A stretch of DNA of 63,263 bases, from contig CAZELN010000001.1 of NCBI GenBank assembly GCA_964513275.1, positions 406 to 63,668 on the forward strand, read 5' to 3'. Source of the DNA: an uncultured Gammaproteobacteria bacterium (GTDB lineage: Bacteria; Patescibacteriota; Patescibacteriia; UBA9934; GWF2-40-263). The notes below the pieces were generated by a model. That model saw only the letters and a list, made by a program, of their open reading frames with translations, was not told where the DNA came from and did not search any database. The stretch's first letter is position 1. Every line of letters begins with the position of its first letter. Positions 59,401 through 63,263 of this stretch are shown here, one piece after another. The position numbers and the translations under genes were made by a program.

Positions 59401-60570
59401 ATGACAACCGACCTCAATCTCCTTACAACGAAAACTACCGGCCAAAATGTTTACGGCATTGATGCTTCCTCTGCCAATAAAGAGAAACGCACGGGAGTGG
59501 AGAATTACAGCCGGTCACTGATAGAAACCATGAAGACCCACCAGCTTGAAGGAGGCGAGTCGGTGGTTTTATATTCGAATACAAAATTAGATCAAGCACT
59601 GGGAACGCTTCCGCAAGGCTGGAGTTCAGTTATTTTGAACTGGCCGCTAGGCTCGGGATGGATGAGTCTGCGCGTGAGTTGGGAAATGTTACGTCGCAAA
59701 CCCAACGTGCTGTTTGTTCCTGGTCAGGCCTTACCAATTGTGTGTCCACGAGCCGTTGTTACGACTGTTCATGACCTTGCGTTTTTGCGCCGACCAGATC
59801 TCTATGAGCCGGCGACTCGCAAACGACTCAAACGCGCAACCAAGCGGGCGGTAAAAAAAGCCGCACGGATCATCGTTCCGACACAGGCCACGAAACAAGA
59901 TCTCGTTGAGTTATTTCATGTTGATGCCGCGCGTATCGTTGTTATCGCAGAAGCGACGGATACAAATCTCTATCGTCGCTATACACAGGAAGAAGCTCGC
60001 TCCACGCTGCAGAAGCATCGTCTTGGGACGAATTTTTTCCTTGTCGTTGGGCGGTTGGAGAAAAAGAAAAATATCACAAATCTTATTCGAGCGTTTGAAC
60101 TTTTTAAGAACCGTCGAGGTCTAGGCGATCCGTTTGAACTCGTCTTCGTTGGTGATCCTGGATATGGTTACGATGAAATGAAAAAGTATTTTGATCTCTC
60201 GCCCCACAAGGCACAGATTCGACAACTTGGGTACATTCCCGATGAAGAAGTCGCACAGCTCATGAGTCAGGCCATCGCGTATCTCTTCCCAAGTTGGTAC
60301 GAGGGATTTGGGATTCCAAACCTTGAAGCCATGGCGGCGGGAACATGTCTCATTTCGTCGGACATTCCAGCACACCGAGAGGTGGTAGGAGATGCGGGAC
60401 TCTTGGTTCCCCCTGAGGAACCAGAGGCGTGGGCGCATGCACTGGAGAGAATCGTTAAAGATGGTACTCTTCGTACAGAGTTGGTCGCCAAGGGAACCCA
60501 ACGTGTTAAACAATTCTTCTGGCAGAAAACCGCCGAGCAAACCTGGGAAGTGTTAAGGAGTCTGGTATAA
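59401..60570 (+). CDS. family-4 (GT-B) glycosyltransferase
   Basis: FPSWYEGFGIPNLEAMAAGTCLISSD is the EX7E region. Confidence 0.85.
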   Translation: MTTDLNLLTTKTTGQNVYGIDASSANKEKRTGVENYSRSLIETMKTHQLEGGESVVLYSNTKLDQALGTLPQGWSSVILNWPLGSGWMSLRVSWEMLRRKPNVLFVPGQALPIVCPRAVVTTVHDLAFLRRPDLYEPATRKRLKRATKRAVKKAARIIVPTQATKQDLVELFHVDAARIVVIAEATDTNLYRRYTQEEARSTLQKHRLGTNFFLVVGRLEKKKNITNLIRAFELFKNRRGLGDPFELVFVGDPGYGYDEMKKYFDLSPHKAQIRQLGYIPDEEVAQLMSQAIAYLFPSWYEGFGIPNLEAMAAGTCLISSDIPAHREVVGDAGLLVPPEEPEAWAHALERIVKDGTLRTELVAKGTQRVKQFFWQKTAEQTWEVLRSLV

Positions 60571-60581
60571 TCAAACCTGCC

Positions 60582-60668
60582 CGTCATTGCGAGGGAACGT
60601 AGTGACCGAAGCAATCCTTGAAGATTGCTTCGTCGGTCGACGACAGACTCCCTCCTCGCAATGACGAG
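60582..60668. repeat. 87-bp palindromic REP/MITE-like element, copy B (inverted relative to A)
   Basis: About 89% identical by hand alignment to the reverse complement of copy A. It fills the GT4-trmB spacer. Confidence 0.85.
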
Positions 60669-60675
60669 AAATTAT

Positions 60676-61452
60676 ATGGATGAATTGAAAAAGGAGCTTG
60701 AACATCTTGGCATGACGGACAAAGAGTCGCGGGTGTACTTGGCGGCGCTTGAACTGGGACCTTCACCTGTGCAGGATCTTTCGCACAAGGCGAAGGTGAA
60801 CCGTGCGACCACGTACGTCATGATCGAATCCTTGTCCGCGCGCGGACTCATGTCGACGTTCCAAAAAGGCAAGAAGCGATTTTACGCGGCAGAGAACCCA
60901 GAGCGTTTGATGACCATTGTCGATCGTGAACAAAAAGTTTTGTCAGAAAAACAGGCAGAGCTCATGAAGGCTATGCCCCTGCTTGAGGCACTCTACAATG
61001 CGGAGGGTGCGAAACCGCAGGTGAGATATTTGGAAGGCGCGGAAGGGGTGAAGACGGTGCGGGCGTTGTTTGAAAAATTGAGCGGAGATTTTATTGAGAT
61101 TGCCCCGCTGGACGATGTACATGAAACAGGAGAACTCATGGGAAGTGAGCGTGAGGCACATCACGCCGTCCTACGACAACGAGGGACGAAGTATCGCGTG
61201 CTTGCGATTAGCAAGAATCAAGATCCAACCTGCCTTCCCGATATGGGCGAGGGAGCGTGGAAAATTCTGCCACCAGAGAAGTTTCCGATCCACGGAAGTA
61301 TCGTCGTGCGGAAGGATTACGTCTTTTTGTTCTCGTATAAGTCGGGCATTCTCTCGGTTGTGCTGAGAAGCCAAGAGATTGCCGACGCGATCCGCGCGCT
61401 CTTCGAGCTTGCGTGGGAGGGAGTACAAGGCTATCCGTCAAAAGGGTGTTAA
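60676..61452 (+). CDS. TrmB-family transcriptional regulator
   Basis: LGMTDKESRVYLAALELGPSPVQDLSHKAKVNRATTYVMIESLSARGLM. Confidence 0.8.
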   Translation: MDELKKELEHLGMTDKESRVYLAALELGPSPVQDLSHKAKVNRATTYVMIESLSARGLMSTFQKGKKRFYAAENPERLMTIVDREQKVLSEKQAELMKAMPLLEALYNAEGAKPQVRYLEGAEGVKTVRALFEKLSGDFIEIAPLDDVHETGELMGSEREAHHAVLRQRGTKYRVLAISKNQDPTCLPDMGEGAWKILPPEKFPIHGSIVVRKDYVFLFSYKSGILSVVLRSQEIADAIRALFELAWEGVQGYPSKGC

Positions 61453-61515
61453 ATAGAAGAAGGACCTTGTGGGCCCCGCGTAGGAAAGAAGTCGTGGTGG
61501 TGTTGACGTGTGAGG

Positions 61516-61537
61516 CGCGCCTGTGAGGGCGCGTTTT
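61516..61537 (+). terminator. intrinsic terminator
   Basis: CGCGCC-tgtgag-GGCGCG followed by TTTT. Confidence 0.5.
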
Positions 61538-61565
61538 GACTTGGAGACGAGAGAGTCGATGTCAG

Positions 61566-61868
61566 CTACCCACCGCCGGGGCAGTGATAGCTTGGGGTGA
61601 AGCGCCGAGGGTCGATGTCCACGTCGTGAACTCGTCCCATGGCGTATCGTTCTGCCCTGCGAGCTTCGAGCTCGTGAGCAGTTTCGATGGCTTCGAATCC
61701 CATGTTCTCGTTCATCTCGTACTCCGTATCTTTGGCCGCATGACGGTCGTCCTCACATTCGCTCCCACCACAGAAGCGAGAGCGCAGACTACCATCGCCA
61801 TGGGCCAACGTCAAGGCACTTGTGTTGTCGGAATCGAACAAAAAGCACGTAGTCCGACCTGACCCCAA
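61566..61868 (-). CDS. hypothetical small protein, G+C-rich
   Basis: G/C third-position bias in this frame. The ORF-track start is TTG and the first ATG is at 61715 (MNENMGFEAIETAHELEARRAERY...). Confidence 0.35.
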   Translation of the reverse strand: MGSGRTTCFLFDSDNTSALTLAHGDGSLRSRFCGGSECEDDRHAAKDTEYEMNENMGFEAIETAHELEARRAERYAMGRVHDVDIDPRRFTPSYHCPGGG

Positions 61869-61919
61869 TGGTGGAAGGTGGGTTTTTTGAGAAGTGCACT
61901 TGTGCTACAATCCTTACGT

Positions 61920-62132
61920 ATGAGTCAGATAAAAATGCTAGAAAAGAAAGTTGAGACATTTGGCCGTGAAATAGTTCGTTTACGATCATTTATCACGAGT
62001 CTTGCCGTTGAGGATCGTGAGGGATCTTATAAGGAAAGTTTTGTGCGGCGAATCAAGGCGGCAACAGGACGGAAAGCCGACCGGACCTTTAAAGATCAAA
62101 AGTCGTTTCTTGCCGAGCTTGATCAAGTATGA
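61920..62132 (+). CDS. putative antitoxin of the RelE/ParE-family toxin
   Basis: 70 aa, with a 4-nt ATGA overlap with the toxin gene. Confidence 0.55.
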   Translation: MSQIKMLEKKVETFGREIVRLRSFITSLAVEDREGSYKESFVRRIKAATGRKADRTFKDQKSFLAELDQV

Positions 62133-62392
62133 TTCGGGTTCAGTATGATCGAGCGTTTCTGAAAGCGGTGAAAAAATTGCCGGTGAAGACACAACAACGA
62201 CTTGCAGAGACGATTGTGACTCTACAAGAAAATCCGTTTCATCCGACACTTCATACAAAGCGATTATCCGGATCACTTACTGGCACGTTGTCGTACCGAG
62301 TTACTCGAGACTACAGAGTGACATTCCTCTTCCTGGATGAGTCGACCATTCAGTTGCTGGCTGTCGATCATCGAAAAGATATCTATCGATAA
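62129..62392 (+). CDS. RelE/ParE-superfamily toxin
   Basis: 87 aa, ...FLKAVKKLPVKTQQRL...ENPFHPTLHTKRLSG...SYRVTRDYRVTFLFLDESTIQLLAVDHRKDIY. Confidence 0.8.
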   Translation: MIRVQYDRAFLKAVKKLPVKTQQRLAETIVTLQENPFHPTLHTKRLSGSLTGTLSYRVTRDYRVTFLFLDESTIQLLAVDHRKDIYR

Positions 62393-62408
62393 ATTTGCAA
62401 CCAAAAAA

Positions 62409-62434
62409 CCGACCTTCGATGGGGTCGATTTTTT
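62409..62434. terminator. bidirectional intrinsic terminator
   Basis: AAAAAACCGACC-ttcgatgg-GGTCGATTTTTT. Confidence 0.6.
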
Positions 62435-62467
62435 GTTCCTCTCTGGGAGAGAGTTTGGGCGGTTAAG

Positions 62468-62533
62468 CCCTCAAAAGGTACGAGGATTCTAGGGGAGACG
62501 CTTGAGGCGTCTAGATCTCGTACCGTTTGAGGG
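62468..62533. other. 66-nt near-perfect extended hairpin
   Basis: CCCTCAAAAGGTACGAG...CTAG...AGACGC-ttgag-GCGTCT CTAG...CTCGTACCGTTTGAGGG. Confidence 0.8.
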
Positions 62534-62674
62534 TTCGGCGATCAACTGTGTGTCGATCGCCGCCCGTTGCGTCTTTTCGTTTTGACGAGGGACAGACGCT
62601 GTCGCCTCAACTCACGGCTTTCGCATTTGCCTCGAGCGTGTCGAGGGGGAGGGTTTGTGAGAACCCTGGGTTGG

Positions 62675-62971
62675 CTAGCGCTGGACGCGACGGAGCAGGT
62701 CGCTGATGGGCGGGTTCGCCATCAGCTCCTCGCGGACGCGGCGGGGACGGGGCGGGGTCGAGGGGGGGCGGCTGGGGGAGCCATTCCTCTCTTCCCACTG
62801 GCGCTGGCGTTCCTCGCGATCGCGCAGGTTCTGCTCGTGGCGCTTGGCGCCGCGGAGCAGCGTGACGTACCTGCGGAGGTCGAAGACCTCGCGGCTGCTC
62901 ATCGGCTCGTCCTTGCGGATCCGCCGGCCGACGAGCTCGGTCTCGCTGAGCCACTTCGTCCGCAGGGTCAT
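62675..62971 (-). CDS. hypothetical protein (98 aa), G+C-rich, Arg/Glu/Pro-rich
   Basis: Strong G/C third-position bias. It may instead be the C-terminal part of a longer reading frame interrupted by TAG at 63010-63008. Confidence 0.5.
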   Translation of the reverse strand: MTLRTKWLSETELVGRRIRKDEPMSSREVFDLRRYVTLLRGAKRHEQNLRDREERQRQWEERNGSPSRPPSTPPRPRRVREELMANPPISDLLRRVQR

Positions 62972-63007
62972 GTGGATGCGCTCCCAGTCCTCCCCGTTGA
63001 GGTTGTC

Positions 63008-63263
63008 CTAGTTGAGCATTCCCTCCACCTGCTTGGCCGTGACGCCGTCGGGGAGCTCCGCGACGAAGTGCGAGAGCCGCGAACCATCCGGGAGGACGTC
63101 GTTGCCCTTGAGCTCGGCCTCGGACTCCTCGATGCCCCGGACGGCCTCCGTGAAGGAGTAGCCGCTGCGGATGCACTTCGGGCCGCGGACGAACCGCCAC
63201 AGGTCGCTCGCCAGCGGCTGACGACCCAGCTCGCGCTGGATGTCCCACCGGCTCGGGACGCGA
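63008..63263 (-). CDS. hypothetical protein, C-terminal part (enters from the window edge), G+C-rich
   Basis: Frame ...WDIQRELGRQPLASDLWRFVRGPKCIRSGYSFTEAVRGIEESEAELKGNDVLPDGSRLSHFVAELPDGVTAKQVEGMLN, ending in TAG. Strong G/C third-position bias. Confidence 0.5.
   Translation of the reverse strand, partial: RVPSRWDIQRELGRQPLASDLWRFVRGPKCIRSGYSFTEAVRGIEESEAELKGNDVLPDGSRLSHFVAELPDGVTAKQVEGMLN

Noticed and set aside
62589-62650. Possible third copy of the TTGACGA...TCACGG...TGTCGA(A/G)G layer of the 6041-6094 repeat
   Set aside because: The order and spacing of motifs differ from the two copies in the leader, and the motifs were chosen post hoc. It is kept only as a remark inside the hairpin-array finding.
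62607-63248. 213-aa minus-strand ORF (Arg/Pro/Gly-rich)
   Set aside because: The wrong frame. The adjacent frame has the G/C third-position bias and protein-like composition.

Overview
The window is mostly streamlined bacterial housekeeping DNA read with the standard code. gyrB ends in TGA, and RF1 (prfA) with prmC is present. Recognisable genes include a SEDS protein and mreB, secE-nusG-rplK-rplA, a separately located rplJ-rplL with its own leader, rplY, rpmE, rpsB-tsf, a gap-pgk-eno-gpmI block, nth, mltG, uvrD/pcrA, a malic enzyme, metK, xseAB, archaeal-type pyrH, tsaB and a glycosyltransferase/DUF4012 envelope cluster. The gene content (short EF-Ts, DUF4012, DUF5678 plus retropepsin pair, many small orphans) suggests an uncultivated Patescibacteria/CPR-like organism. 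That assignment is inference only. Accessory content includes an intact IS630-family IS, an intact IS30-family IS, three toxin-antitoxin-type pairs (one decayed), and a lexA-orf59-orf82-dinB cassette with an unusual nested operator. There are also palindromic REP/MITE-like repeats, some inserted in frame in queA and in a C39-like peptidase gene. Several patches are visibly G+C-richer: about 60-65% by spot counts against about 43-52% elsewhere. The most interesting of these is at 5946-8308. It is an IS110-like recombinase gene preceded by about 0.65 kb of structured, terminator-capped non-coding DNA. That leader holds two paralogous ~118-nt modules with conserved scaffold blocks and divergent segments of near-equal length (36 vs 37 nt, 35 vs 35 nt). 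One variable segment reproduces the predicted right-end/left-end junction of the element, which is what a bridge/guide-type RNA would do. No rRNA, tRNA or CRISPR array was seen by eye.
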